Shown: positions 38,716 to 49,442, numbered from the stretch's first letter. The stretch: DNA of 64,000 nucleotides from Nostoc sp. DedSLP01 (GCA_034530875.2 JAVRCJ020000003.1:64001-128000), one strand, 5' to 3'. Made by a program: numbers and translations. Notes: generated from the sequence alone by a model not told the origin.

Positions 38716-39405
38716 ATGTTCTTTCACAAAAAAGATCCTATCCACGTAGTAAATGTTAAAGAAGCAAATCCTCGTTTTGCTCAATTACTTCTAGAGCAAT
38801 TTGGTGGAGCAACCGGAGAACTAAGTGCAGCTTTGCAATATTGGGTTCAATCATTCCATGTAGAAAATGCTGGAATTAAAGATATGCTCCAAGATATTGC
38901 GATCGAAGAATTTAGCCATCTAGAAATGGTTGGCAAACTCATCGAAGCTCATACCAAAAATACCGATCAAACAGAAGCTTATAAAAGCACTCTCTTTGCA
39001 GTCAGAGGAATAGGGCCTCATTTTCTAGATAGTCAAGGTAATGCTTGGACTGCTAGCTACTTGAATGAAGGTGGAGATGTTGTCCGCGATTTAAGAGCTA
39101 ATATCGCAGCTGAAGCTGGCGCTCGTCAAACTTACGAAGAGTTAATTAAGTTAGCAACTGACGAAGGAACTAAAAATACTTTAGTCCATCTTTTAACACG
39201 AGAAATTTCTCATACCCAGATGTTTATGAAAGCTCTAGATTCTCTGGGTAAGTTAACAGATCCATTCTTTGGCAACATTCAGCCAGATGAAACTGTTGCT
39301 CTCTACTACAACCTATCTTCTAATGGCGGCAAAGATGAGCGTGGCCCCTGGAATTCAGAGCCAACCTTTAAATACATAGCTAATCCCCTCGAAAGCCACT
39401 CTTAA
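38716..39405 (+). CDS. katB: Manganese catalase
   Basis: MFFHKK start, EQFGGATGELSAALQY, EEFSHLEMV and REISH motifs. Confidence 0.9.
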   Translation: MFFHKKDPIHVVNVKEANPRFAQLLLEQFGGATGELSAALQYWVQSFHVENAGIKDMLQDIAIEEFSHLEMVGKLIEAHTKNTDQTEAYKSTLFAVRGIGPHFLDSQGNAWTASYLNEGGDVVRDLRANIAAEAGARQTYEELIKLATDEGTKNTLVHLLTREISHTQMFMKALDSLGKLTDPFFGNIQPDETVALYYNLSSNGGKDERGPWNSEPTFKYIANPLESHS

Positions 39406-39474
39406 TTCCATAGATTGCAGCCATAAGATAAGTTGATTTACAGCAAAGATTTTTGGCAAATTATTGGAAGTTTT

Positions 39475-39591
39475 TAGGACTTACGCACTCAGATCCCCCA
39501 ACCCCCTTAAAAAGGGGGCTTTAGAAGTTCCACTCAATTTATCGAGGGGCTAGGGGGGATCTAGGTTTCAGGCTTCAGTGCGTAAGTTCTA
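39475..39591. repeat. Composite MITE-like repeat
   Basis: TIRs TAGGACTTACGCACT / AGTGCGTAAGTTCTA (14/15) around a GATCCCCC...GGGGGATC core. Confidence 0.7.
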
Positions 39592-39997
39592 GTTTTGATA
39601 ATTGCTGAGTGCTATTTGCTTATATCAATGTCAAGCCGATACACCATAGGGGCGCACATTTGTGCGCCCCTAAGAATCGCTAAAAATATTCGTCAGACAC
39701 AAGAATACAGCGCGATATTTTTGAGTTGAGAAATTACAGCAGATTTCGTGCAATACACACCTTCAGTCTAGGAAGTTATTACACTTCTAAATTGCACATT
39801 TACTCATGCTGTTGACTGCTGAATGTTTACTGTCAACAGCTAACAACCAAGATGAAAAGATGTGCTGTGTTAAATATGCAACAGCTTAACCAAGCATAAA
39901 GCTTGTTTTATTCCTGAATGCAGAATTTATAATTCTGAATTCTAAATTCAGCTGGTATTGAACTCTAAATTAAAACTCAGGATCTGGAGATTGAATT

Positions 39998-40741
39998 GTG
40001 ATTGTTAATGCTACTCCAAATGGTTGGGAAGTTATTTATCATCGCGCCCATGCTTTGTTAGCAGCTCAACTAGCAGGACAATGGCGGCGTAAGGATGCTC
40101 CAGCCCGATTATATGAAACATTAGCTGCAATTTCCCATCACGATGATTTAGAAAAAGAATGGGAAGAAGATAATCTAACTGAAGCTGGTGCGCCAAGAGA
40201 CTTTACTTTGATGACGACAGATGAGCAGCTACAAGAGGGCGTTCAGAAAACTGCTAATTTGGCAAAGAATGCTCTTTATCGGGGAAGGTGGGTAGCTTTG
40301 TTAATTTCTATGCACATTAGCCGTTTAAATGAGCCAAGCCGGGGTCAGTCTCCAGAATTAGACAAAGTTCTAGACGAGCAACTTGAAAATCAAAAACGTT
40401 GGCGTAAAGAACTAGGTATTGAAAAGGACGAAGTTGATGCAGCTTATGCATTTATGCAATGGTGCGATCGCCTTTCTCTGATCCTCTGCAAACAAGAATT
40501 ACCTGCTGATGAACGCTTTCTCGAGATTAGCAAAGGCCCTGACGGTCAACGCTATGATATCATGCAGCGCAGCGATAACTTAGTTGTTGTCGAACCCTGG
40601 CCTTTCCAAAACGACAAATTCACCGTCAACATTGAAGCCTGCGAACTCTCTCAGGTGAAATTTGAAAGCAGCAGCGAACTAATTCAAGCGCTACAACAAG
40701 CCCCCATCAAGGTATTAGAATGGACATTTGTTAAAAGTTAG
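39998..40741 (+). CDS. DUF3891-like protein
   Basis: HRAHALLAAQLA, AISHHDD, GAPRDF and WCDRLSL..C motifs. Confidence 0.75.
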   Translation: MIVNATPNGWEVIYHRAHALLAAQLAGQWRRKDAPARLYETLAAISHHDDLEKEWEEDNLTEAGAPRDFTLMTTDEQLQEGVQKTANLAKNALYRGRWVALLISMHISRLNEPSRGQSPELDKVLDEQLENQKRWRKELGIEKDEVDAAYAFMQWCDRLSLILCKQELPADERFLEISKGPDGQRYDIMQRSDNLVVVEPWPFQNDKFTVNIEACELSQVKFESSSELIQALQQAPIKVLEWTFVKS

Positions 40742-40800
40742 AATTCAGAATTCAGAATTGATAATTCAGAATTCAGCACTCCCCAGTCCCCAGTCGAATC

Positions 40801-40832
40801 AAAAAAGAGCCAGAAAATTACTTATCTGGCTC
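40801..40832 (-). terminator. Intrinsic terminator of psaK
   Basis: Minus strand GAGCCAGA-loop-TCTGGCTC-TTTTTT. Confidence 0.7.
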
Positions 40833-40882
40833 AAAGCTGGAGACAAAAAAATCATCAAATCAGCGCTGACTTGAGTAAGAAC

Positions 40883-41143
40883 CTAAATTCTGCCCAAGTT
40901 ATGCAGCCCTAAGATAGTGCCTGCTCCTAAGATATGCCCAAAGGCGGTAGTTGCTAGTAAGGCAGGTAAACCAAAACCACCAAAGAAATTAGCTGATGGT
41001 AGTGCTGGTTCGGAATTTTGATACTTGATGGTAGATTTGCCAAAGGCAATGGCGATTATGTTGGCGATAATCATAATTACACCAACTGTAGGACTCCATT
41101 GCAAAGGTGCAGTTGCAGCAGCAAGTAACGTTGAAGTAAGCAC
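40883..41143 (-). CDS. psaK: Photosystem I subunit PsaK
   Basis: WSPTVGVIMIIANIIAIAFGK and LLATTAFGHILGAGTILGL motifs. Confidence 0.92.
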   Translation of the reverse strand: MLTSTLLAAATAPLQWSPTVGVIMIIANIIAIAFGKSTIKYQNSEPALPSANFFGGFGLPALLATTAFGHILGAGTILGLHNLGRI

Positions 41144-41794
41144 GTGATTTGCTCCCGAAATTTATTAATGGTTGCAAATATAATCTGAAAATTTCCGAAG
41201 CCAATTCAAGAAAATAGCTGATATTGCATTAATATTTAACACTTATTTTCACTACTTAATATAATCAGCCCCATCTTACGTGTTTTTGTCGCCAAGATCC
41301 GATTAATGCTAAAATAAAACTAGTACATTTGAACGACTTTAATTAATCGATTAGCTTTGGTATGAAGTACAGTATGCAAACAGCCCAGCTTCTAGAAAAT
41401 AATTGAAAAAACCTGTAATGCATGTACTATAAATTACAAATGCCTTTGCATTCAAAGACAAATAAATTTCACGGCTTATCCACAGTTACGCCATAGTAGA
41501 AAGCTTACACTGATACAAATTTTACTTCAGGTAATTGGTGTCAAAAGTTGCTCAGAAGAAAATAATGTTTTTGCGATCGCTTAAATTAAACAACCTGACC
41601 GATATGAGTGCGTAGGCGTAGCCCGTCGCAGACATCGCATTAATTATCTAGATTTGACAACTTCAAGTCAAGAATGGCTGTTATTATTACTTCAGATTCA
41701 AAGTAAATTACAGGCGCTTGGCGCAACCCGCTGTAGGCATCGCTCTCAAGATACTTTACACTCAAGATGATAGCGATTATTTCCACCTTCTGTT

Positions 41795-42235
41795 ATGTCC
41801 TCAACTCTCGATTCTTTGCCACCTGCACTCGCTAAAATTGTCCAGCGCTTTCAACGGTCAACCGACCAAAGAAGACGTACCGAACAGCTAATTGCCTATG
41901 GTAATAAGTTGAAAGATTTCCCCGAAGCTGACAAAGTACCTGAAAATAAAGTTCCTGGTTGCGTTTCTCAAGTTTACATCACTGCTTCACTCAATGACGG
42001 TAAGGTGATATTCCGGGCTGATTCTGATGCCTTTATCAGTAAAGGCATGGTTGGTCTTTTAATTGAAGGATTGAATGGACTAACTCCCACAGAAATATTA
42101 GAACTTACTCCAGATTTTATTCAAGAAACAGGTTTAAATGTTAGCCTCACACCTTCCCGTGCTAATGGGTTTTACAATATTTTTAAAACCATGCAAAAAA
42201 AAGCCTTGGAATGTAAGTTAGATGTAGCTAACTAA
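41795..42235 (+). CDS. sufE: Fe-S cluster sulfur acceptor SufE
   Basis: ENKVPGCVSQV, DSDA and LTPSRANG motifs. Confidence 0.92.
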   Translation: MSSTLDSLPPALAKIVQRFQRSTDQRRRTEQLIAYGNKLKDFPEADKVPENKVPGCVSQVYITASLNDGKVIFRADSDAFISKGMVGLLIEGLNGLTPTEILELTPDFIQETGLNVSLTPSRANGFYNIFKTMQKKALECKLDVAN

Positions 42236-42320
42236 TACTCGGTCATTGGACATGGGGCATTAATTTTTGACTTCAGGGCTAATGACTAATGACTAATAAC
42301 TAATAGCAAAATTTAATCCA

Positions 42321-43229
42321 ATGTCAACAAATTTATTATCTACTTCTGCTGCTGTGGGATTTGGTGGAGTAGTTCAAGAATATCTTTGGAATTGGGAAAA
42401 CCAGCAATTGCGCGTTGTTTATGAAACCCTTGGTAAAGGTTCGCCGCTATTGCTACTACCAGCTTTTAGTAGTGTTTCGACGCGTTTAGAAATGGGCGAA
42501 CTTGCGAGATTATTAGCTCCCCATTTTCAAGTTGTAGCTGTGGACTGGCCTGGTTTTGGCGAATCTTCTCGCCCTAGTTTAAATTATCGACCCGAAATAT
42601 ATCAGCAATTTCTGGAAGATTTTGTCAACGCTATTTTTAAGACTCCAATTATTGCGATCGCGGCTGGTCATGCATCTACCTACGTCTTACAATTAGCTGT
42701 AAAACAGTCTAGTGCATTCTCACGAATTGTATTGTTAGCTCCTACTTGGCGCGGCCCTTTGCCGACAATGGGGGCAAGTCAAGAAATAGCTGGTATGGTA
42801 AGAGAATTAGTGCGATCGCCTATACTCGGTCAAGCTCTCTACAAACTCAACACTACCCCATCTTTCTTAAATTTTATGTACCGCCGTCATGTCTTTACAG
42901 ACACGGCAAAACTTACACCGAGTTTCATAGAAAAGAAATGGCAGACAACTCAACAACCAGGAGCGAGATTTGCTTCTGCTGCCTTTGTAACTGGTAATCT
43001 TGATGCTGTACGCCAACAATCTGATTTTCTCAAACTTGTAGAATCTTTAACAGTACAGCTCATGGTAGTAATTGGGGAATCTAGCCCTGCTAAATCACGA
43101 GAACAAATGAATGCTTTAGCAGCATTACCAGGAGTAAGAAGCACCGTTATCCGTGGTTCTCTAGGACTACATGAAGAATACCCAGCAGATGTTTTAGCAG
43201 TAGTTCAGGATTTTTTGTTCTCTTCATGA
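42321..43229 (+). CDS. Alpha/beta fold hydrolase
   Basis: AVDWPGFGES and HEEYP motifs; degenerate nucleophile elbow (AAGH). Confidence 0.8.
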   Translation: MSTNLLSTSAAVGFGGVVQEYLWNWENQQLRVVYETLGKGSPLLLLPAFSSVSTRLEMGELARLLAPHFQVVAVDWPGFGESSRPSLNYRPEIYQQFLEDFVNAIFKTPIIAIAAGHASTYVLQLAVKQSSAFSRIVLLAPTWRGPLPTMGASQEIAGMVRELVRSPILGQALYKLNTTPSFLNFMYRRHVFTDTAKLTPSFIEKKWQTTQQPGARFASAAFVTGNLDAVRQQSDFLKLVESLTVQLMVVIGESSPAKSREQMNALAALPGVRSTVIRGSLGLHEEYPADVLAVVQDFLFSS

Positions 43230-43257
43230 AATTGAACAATTAAAAGGACTTAGAAGC

Positions 43258-44010
43258 ATGAACTTTGCAGTGAGTGAAAAAGTTGCAATTGTCACAGGCG
43301 GTAGTTCTGGGATTGGTCGAGCAACCGCAGTTGCTTTTGCTCAAGCCGGAGCAAAGGTTGTTGTAGCGGCGCGACGGGTTCAAGAAGGAGAGGAAACAGT
43401 TCGTCTTGCTAAAGATGCAGGTAGTGAAGCTATATTTGTGCAAACTGACGTGACCAAAGCTGTCGATGTACAAGCATTAGTGAATAAAACCTTAGATACT
43501 TTTGGTCGATTGGATTGTGCTTGCAACAATGCGGGCTTTGGAAAATCTGTGCCGCTAACTGAACGTTCAGAAGAAGAATGGGACGCTGAGACAGATGTTA
43601 ATTTGAAAGCGGTGTGGCTGTGTATGAAATATCAAATTCCAGCGATGCTCAAAACTGGATCGGGTGCGATAGTCAATATGGCATCTATTGGAGGTGCTGT
43701 TATTGGCACATCTAGTTTTTCTGCTTATCAAGCAGCCAAAGCAGGAGTTATTGGGTTAACGCGATCGGCAGCGATGGAATATGCTCAGCAGGGAATTCGG
43801 ATCAATGCCATTAGTCCGGGGCTGATTGCAACAGAAATCTTATCCAATGTTCCAGAAAATATGCTTCAACAAATGACTGACACAATTCCACTCAAAAGAA
43901 TAGGGAGAGCAGAAGAAATCGCAAATGCAGTTGTTTGGTTATGTTCTGATGCAGCATCCTACATTACAGGACACAACTTAGTAATCGATGGCGGTTTTAC
44001 AGTTCAGTAG
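43258..44010 (+). CDS. Short-chain dehydrogenase/reductase
   Basis: TGGSSGIG, NNAG, YQAAK and IDGG motifs. Confidence 0.92.
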   Translation: MNFAVSEKVAIVTGGSSGIGRATAVAFAQAGAKVVVAARRVQEGEETVRLAKDAGSEAIFVQTDVTKAVDVQALVNKTLDTFGRLDCACNNAGFGKSVPLTERSEEEWDAETDVNLKAVWLCMKYQIPAMLKTGSGAIVNMASIGGAVIGTSSFSAYQAAKAGVIGLTRSAAMEYAQQGIRINAISPGLIATEILSNVPENMLQQMTDTIPLKRIGRAEEIANAVVWLCSDAASYITGHNLVIDGGFTVQ

Positions 44011-44129
44011 AAAGCTCACATACATAAGTATAAATATTTCTTAAATACACAAGATTCGTCTTGTAGCTGACTATAAAGCCTGTTTTACTCCCCAATTCTC
44101 AATTCTTAAGCCAACTTCGCACAAAAAAA

Positions 44130-44165
44130 TAAAAACAATTATCATAGGCGATGATGATTATTCAT
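44130..44165 (+). promoter_or_regulatory. Possible Zur box(es) upstream of the COG0523 gene
   Basis: TAAAAACAATTATCA (44130-44144) matches TGATAATnATTATCA at 11/14. A second AT-rich near-palindrome ATGATGATTATTCAT follows. Confidence 0.4.
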
Positions 44166-44191
44166 AAGGTGAGACTAAAGGAATTTAGAGT

Positions 44192-45163
44192 ATGCTAGCT
44201 GACGTAAGCACAAATTCAGTTCCCGTTACTGTTCTTACAGGTTATTTGGGAGCAGGTAAAACAACTCTACTCAATCACATCCTCACCTACGAACACGGCA
44301 AGAAAGTTGCTGTGATTGTTAACGAATTTGGGGAAGTGGGCATTGATAATCAACTAATTATTGATGCCGATGAAGAAATATTTGAAATGAACAATGGCTG
44401 CATCTGTTGTACAGTGCGTGGCGATTTAATTCGCATCATTGGCAATTTGATGAAGCGGCGTGATAAATTTGACCATTTAGTAATTGAAACAACTGGACTA
44501 GCTGACCCTGCACCAGTGATTCAGACATTTTTTGTTGATGAAGATTTGCAAAATCAACTATCTTTAGATGCGGTGGTGACAGTAGTTGATGCCAAGCATA
44601 TTTGGCACCACTGGGATGCAGACGAAGCCCAAGAGCAAATTGCTTTTGCCGATGTAATTTTACTTAATAAAACAGATTTGGTGAAGCCAGAAGAATTGGA
44701 CGAATTAGAAAAGCGAATTCGGTCAATGAATGCTATGGCAAAAATCTATCGTACCCGCAATTCTGAATTAGAAATGAATGCTTTATTAGGTGTGAAAGCA
44801 TTTGATTTAGATCGGGCATTAGAAATAGATCCGAATTTTTTAGGTGAAGATGCCCACGAACACGATGAAAGCGTTTTTTCTGTAGCTTTAGTGGAAAAAG
44901 GTGCAGTCGATGGAGATAAATTAAACGCTTGGCTTTCTGAGTTGTTGCGTACTCAAGGGCCAGATATCTTCCGCATGAAAGGTATATTAAATATTGCTGG
45001 GGAAGAGAATCGATTTGTCTTCCAAGGAGTACACATGATATTTGATGGTAGACCCGATCGCCCCTGGAAACCTAACGAAACTCCAAAAAACGAACTAGTA
45101 TTCATCGGTCGCAACCTTGATGGAGAAAAACTCAAGCAAGATTTTCTTGCTTGTCTAGCATAA
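44192..45163 (+). CDS. COG0523/CobW family metallochaperone GTPase
   Basis: GYLGAGKTT, NEFG, GCICC, ETTG and NKTD motifs; short His patch HEHD. Confidence 0.93.
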   Translation: MLADVSTNSVPVTVLTGYLGAGKTTLLNHILTYEHGKKVAVIVNEFGEVGIDNQLIIDADEEIFEMNNGCICCTVRGDLIRIIGNLMKRRDKFDHLVIETTGLADPAPVIQTFFVDEDLQNQLSLDAVVTVVDAKHIWHHWDADEAQEQIAFADVILLNKTDLVKPEELDELEKRIRSMNAMAKIYRTRNSELEMNALLGVKAFDLDRALEIDPNFLGEDAHEHDESVFSVALVEKGAVDGDKLNAWLSELLRTQGPDIFRMKGILNIAGEENRFVFQGVHMIFDGRPDRPWKPNETPKNELVFIGRNLDGEKLKQDFLACLA

Positions 45164-45313
45164 ATAGGGAGTGGGGAGTAGGGAATAGGGAGTGGGGGAT
45201 AAGACAGATGAAATCAGTTATCAGTAAACAGGGGTATGGTAATGATAACTATTCACTGTTCGCTCTCGATGCCCAATGCCCCATTCCCCACTCCCCACTC
45301 CCTTTTGAAAGAT

Positions 45314-46357
45314 ATGAACTCCACAACCAGCAACTCTAAACTATTTGAACAACACTATTCAGGGATACTTGCAGATTATATAACTGCGATCGCTTGGTCG
45401 CCCCAAGGTCAAACTTTAGCAGCAGCTTCCGCAACTGGGGAAGTTGTACTGTGGAATGATAGCGAACTGACAACCTTACAAACTGGTAACGGTAAATCGG
45501 TAGATTGCCTTGCCTTTTCCCACGATGGCAAATTTTTAGCTGTCGGCGGACAGGAGGGACAAGTCAAAATTTGGCAAGACACTGAATTAATCGCCACATT
45601 GGAAAATGCACCTGCATGGGTTGACAAACTAGCTTGGAATCACACCAGTAACCAACTAGCTTTTAGCTTGGGGCGTTACGTCCAAGTTTGGGATGCAGAT
45701 ACTCGTGAAATTGTCGTCACGCTGAATTTCGATAACTCATCAGTCTTAGGCATAGATTGGCGCATTGATGGGCAGTACCTAGCCATTAGTGGTTATAAAG
45801 GAGTGAAAATTTGGCACAGTCAAAACTGGGATGACGAACCATACATCTTAAATATGACTACCGTCAGCCTAGCGATGGCTTGGTCGCCCGATGGTAAATT
45901 CCTCGCTTCTGGCAATATGGATCGTAGCGTCACAGTCTTGGAATGGAACAATCCCGATCCTTGGGTGATGCAGGGCTTCCCTGGTAAAATTCGCCAATTG
46001 GCATGGTCAGAAGCTACTACGGAACTAGGTACGCCAATACTGGCATCCTCTAGCGTTGAAGGTATTGTAGTCTGGGAAAAGTTAGAGGATGATAGCTTAG
46101 GTTGGGAAGCACGAGTTTTAACTAATCATGTCGATGTGATTAATGCGATCGCCTTTGCACCTAAAAGCTTTCTTCTCGCATCTGCTGGTGCTGATGGCTG
46201 GTTATGTTTGTGGCATCAAGCCAAGGAAGTATCCCAAATAATCACAGGTGTTTCAGGAGGCTTTTCTAGCCTAGCTTGGCATCCCCAAGGCAAATTCCTA
46301 GCCGCAGGCGGTGAAAAAGGCGAATTAGTTATTTGGTCAAAGGTTTCCCAGAGTTAA
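45314..46357 (+). CDS. WD40-repeat protein
   Basis: Repeated AWSP/AFSH.G..LA.G.....V..W units. Start trimmed to MNSTT. Confidence 0.88.
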   Translation: MNSTTSNSKLFEQHYSGILADYITAIAWSPQGQTLAAASATGEVVLWNDSELTTLQTGNGKSVDCLAFSHDGKFLAVGGQEGQVKIWQDTELIATLENAPAWVDKLAWNHTSNQLAFSLGRYVQVWDADTREIVVTLNFDNSSVLGIDWRIDGQYLAISGYKGVKIWHSQNWDDEPYILNMTTVSLAMAWSPDGKFLASGNMDRSVTVLEWNNPDPWVMQGFPGKIRQLAWSEATTELGTPILASSSVEGIVVWEKLEDDSLGWEARVLTNHVDVINAIAFAPKSFLLASAGADGWLCLWHQAKEVSQIITGVSGGFSSLAWHPQGKFLAAGGEKGELVIWSKVSQS

Positions 46358-46673
46358 GGATTTAAGCTATTGGGCTTTTAAATTGCACAGTCATTTAGTA
46401 AGTTCGTTGACGTCTGACGGTTCACAGTTAACCGTCAACAGTTAACAGCTAATACAAAAAAATGTGCAGCTTAAATGCAAAAACAAGGAGAATAACTCCT
46501 AACTCTTGACTCAGGATTCAGTAGGTTTCTTCCAGAAGTGCCACAAAAGAGTCAGAAAAAACCTTTCCCTTTTCCCCCTCTATACCAACCATTTTATTTT
46601 CAAACCAGTCTAGTATTGAATCTAAGTAACTTATTGGGTATGCTGTAGCAAAAGAGGTATATTTCTGTAAAGT

Positions 46674-46943
46674 ATGAACATAACCAAACTGATCTTACTT
46701 GCCTGTCGCGCTTTCCTAGCATCTATATTGCTGCTAGCCAATCCAGCAAATGCATCGAGTCTGAAATCTGAATATGCTACACAAATTACGCTAGCATCTA
46801 AGCAACAAATTGCTGATTTGGCAACACAAAACTTGACACAAAAATCTAATCCAATTATCGACCAACTTGGTTGTAATTGCGGCAACTGCGTTCCAGGACA
46901 ATTTCATTTACTACAAGGCAAGCTGCCATCAGTTGGTTTTTAA
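46674..46943 (+). CDS. Small secreted protein with CxCxxC motif
   Basis: Signal peptide ending ANA, motif LGCNCGNC, followed by a terminator. Confidence 0.65.
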   Translation: MNITKLILLACRAFLASILLLANPANASSLKSEYATQITLASKQQIADLATQNLTQKSNPIIDQLGCNCGNCVPGQFHLLQGKLPSVGF

Positions 46944-46971
46944 TAAGGTTAGAACTCAATAGATATTTTAT

Positions 46972-47003
46972 GGGCAAAGCAAAACTTTGCCCTTTTTTAT
47001 TTT
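46972..47003 (+). terminator. Intrinsic terminator
   Basis: GGGCAAAG-CAAAA-CTTTGCCC followed by a T run. Confidence 0.8.
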
Positions 47004-47161
47004 TATCAACCTGGGAAAAAAGAACTCTTAAAGGTTGTTTGAAAAGTTTTGGGCGAAAATAATTCGCTACTACACAAACAAATATTGAACCAATTCAACC
47101 AAAAAGTTTAACGATTGAATTGGTTCGCGATGGCTAGAATGCTTGTAGAATAAGAGTTCAA

Positions 47162-47248
47162 CGGAGAGACAGGGATTTGAACCCTGGAATACGTTTCCGC
47201 ATTACAGCATTTCCAGTGCTGCGCCTTAAACCACTCGGCCATCTCTCC
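47162..47248 (-). tRNA. trnS: tRNA-Ser (GGA)
   Basis: GGAGAGATGGCCGAGTGG...CAGCA-CT-GGA-AA-TGCTG, long variable arm, GGTTCAAATCC...TCTCTCCG. CCA not encoded. Confidence 0.97.
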
Positions 47249-47351
47249 AGATGTCACGATTTACAATCTTACTATAAAATTCTAAAAAATGCAAAGATAA
47301 AAAAGATTTTTAGGTTAATCTCAAAGTTAAAGTCGCAAAACCCAAATCCAG

Positions 47352-47720
47352 ATGTCCCGTACATATACAATTCGAGTTCGCGATCGCGCTACTGGCAAAA
47401 TACACACCCTACAAGTGCCAGAAGACCGCTACATCCTGCACACTGCCGAAAAACAAGGGACGGAACTACCGTTTTCTTGCCGTAATGGGGCTTGCACCAC
47501 TTGTGCTGTCAGAGTACTGTCAGGAGAAATTTACCAACCAGAAGCGATCGGATTGTCGCCAGAGTTACGCCGACAAGGTTATGCCTTGTTGTGTGTCAGT
47601 TATCCTCGTTCTGACTTGGAAGTAGAAACACAAGACGAAGATGAAGTTTATGAACTCCAGTTTGGACGATATTTTGCTAGGGGTAGAGTCAAAGCAGGTT
47701 TACCCTTAGATGAGGACTAG
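47352..47720 (+). CDS. 2Fe-2S ferredoxin with C-terminal extension (Fed2/FdC2 type)
   Basis: SCRNGACTTC...LLC motif and DEVYELQFGRYF...GLPLDED tail. Confidence 0.9.
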   Translation: MSRTYTIRVRDRATGKIHTLQVPEDRYILHTAEKQGTELPFSCRNGACTTCAVRVLSGEIYQPEAIGLSPELRRQGYALLCVSYPRSDLEVETQDEDEVYELQFGRYFARGRVKAGLPLDED

Positions 47721-47761
47721 AATTTTGTTCGCGCACAGACACAGAGGAGGAAATTACTGTT

Positions 47762-48307
47762 TTGACAGCGTGTCTTGGTGAGTGGGTGCGAAAAATAAGC
47801 ATTTTGGTTTGCCTATTACTGTTGGTGAGTTGCCAAGGCAAAAATCAGCTGCCAAACAATCAGGCACAAGTGAAAGTTGCGCGGGTAGTTAGCGGGCAAA
47901 CCTTAGAAGTATTAGGTATGGCTGAACAACCAAACTTGATTTCCCAAGTCCGGTTAGTGGGAATTGATGCACCAGATTTGCGACAACGACCTTGGGGCGA
48001 ACAAGCAAAAGAACAGTTAGAGAATCTAATTGGTGGTGCAGAACAATCCGTAACCCTAGAGTTTGATTTAGTAACAAAAGATAAAGTCGGGCGAACCCTA
48101 GCTTATGTATGGAAAAATAATCTTTTGTTGAATGAAGAATTAGTCAAACAAGGGAATGCATTGTTTGTTGAGCGATCGCCAAACCACAAATACGACCAAC
48201 GTTTAGAACGTGCCCAACAATGGGCGAGACTCATGGGACAAGGAATTTGGAACCCAGAAAAACCCATGCGCCTAACTCCTGCTGAATTTCGCCGTCAAAA
48301 TCTGTGA
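47762..48307 (+). CDS. Thermonuclease (SNase) family lipoprotein
   Basis: Lipobox LVSC, VRLVGIDAP, DKVGRTLAYV and GIW motifs. True start may be slightly downstream. Confidence 0.85.
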   Translation: MTACLGEWVRKISILVCLLLLVSCQGKNQLPNNQAQVKVARVVSGQTLEVLGMAEQPNLISQVRLVGIDAPDLRQRPWGEQAKEQLENLIGGAEQSVTLEFDLVTKDKVGRTLAYVWKNNLLLNEELVKQGNALFVERSPNHKYDQRLERAQQWARLMGQGIWNPEKPMRLTPAEFRRQNL

Positions 48308-48463
48308 CAATTGGGGACTGGGGAGATGGGGAGCAGGGGAGGTAGGGGAAAAGGTTAAAGGGAAAAGGGAAAAGGAATAAATTTAATCTTTCCCCTTACC
48401 CCTTTCCCTTTCCCCATTCCAATGCCCAATGACTAATGACTAATAACTAATAACTAATAACTA

Positions 48464-49276
48464 ATGACTAATTTACAAACTTTTCTAGATATTGCTACAG
48501 AAGCGGCGTTAGCTGGTGGTGCTATACTGCAAAGCTACTTGGGTAAGTTAGAAGATACAGTTATTGAAAAAGGACGCCCTGGCGATTTAGTTACTGCTGC
48601 TGATAAAGCCTCAGAAGAAGTGGTTTTAGAAATTTTACGTCGCCATTTTCCCCAACATTCTATTCTCGCTGAAGAATCAGGTAAATTAGGCGATCGCGAA
48701 AATGAATACCTCTGGGCAATAGATCCTCTAGACGGCACAACTAACTACGCTCATCAATACCCATTCTTTGCGGTTTCCATCGGGCTATTAATTAATGGTG
48801 TTCCCCAAGTTGGCGTCATTTATGACCCTTTTCACAACGAACTATTTCGTGCCGCTGCTGGTTTGGGAGCAACGCGCAACCGTCGGGCGATCGCAGTTTC
48901 GACAACCTCAGAACTGAATAAAAGCTTGCTAGTAAGTGGGTTTGCCTACGATCGCCGTGAAACCTCTGATAACAATTACGCAGAATTTTGCCACCTCACC
49001 CATCTGACTCAGGGAGTGAGACGTAGCGGTTCCGCATCCCTAGATTTAGCTTATGTTGCCTGCGGCCGCGTCGATGGTTACTGGGAACGGGGACTTTCAC
49101 CTTGGGATATTGTCGCTGGTATCATTTTGGTACAAGAAGCAGGCGGCAAAGTTACCGCCTACGATGGCAGTCCCTTAAAAATTGAGTCAGGTAGAATTCT
49201 CGCCACAAATAGTTATATTCACGACACCGTAAGCCGCGAACTTTTACAAGTTCCCCCACTGTCAGCCTGGAAGTGA
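48464..49276 (+). CDS. suhB: Inositol monophosphatase family protein
   Basis: DLVT.AD, AEE, WAIDPLDGTTNY and PWD..AG motifs. Confidence 0.85.
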   Translation: MTNLQTFLDIATEAALAGGAILQSYLGKLEDTVIEKGRPGDLVTAADKASEEVVLEILRRHFPQHSILAEESGKLGDRENEYLWAIDPLDGTTNYAHQYPFFAVSIGLLINGVPQVGVIYDPFHNELFRAAAGLGATRNRRAIAVSTTSELNKSLLVSGFAYDRRETSDNNYAEFCHLTHLTQGVRRSGSASLDLAYVACGRVDGYWERGLSPWDIVAGIILVQEAGGKVTAYDGSPLKIESGRILATNSYIHDTVSRELLQVPPLSAWK

Positions 49277-49442
49277 AGGTAGATAAAGAGTAGAGGAGCA
49301 CAAGGACGGAGGCGAAAATAATCAATGACTAATGACCAATGACCAATAACTAATGACTAATAGCAATTTGCTACTGACGGATTGCCGATCGAGCGAAGTA
49401 AACTAGAAAAAATCTAATTGCTCCTTTGGTGCAAACTGCTAT

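Noticed and set aside
41321..41335. LexA box upstream of psaK/sufE (AGTACATTTGAAC)
   Set aside because: The second half-site GAAC does not fit GTWC, and there is no supporting promoter geometry.
47030..47161. Integrated element at the tRNA-Ser 3' end
   Set aside because: No integrase and no duplicated tRNA 3' end seen in the window; only a hairpin and repeat fragments.
47177..47485. 102-aa ORF
   Set aside because: Overlaps tRNA-Ser on the opposite strand and the ferredoxin in another frame.
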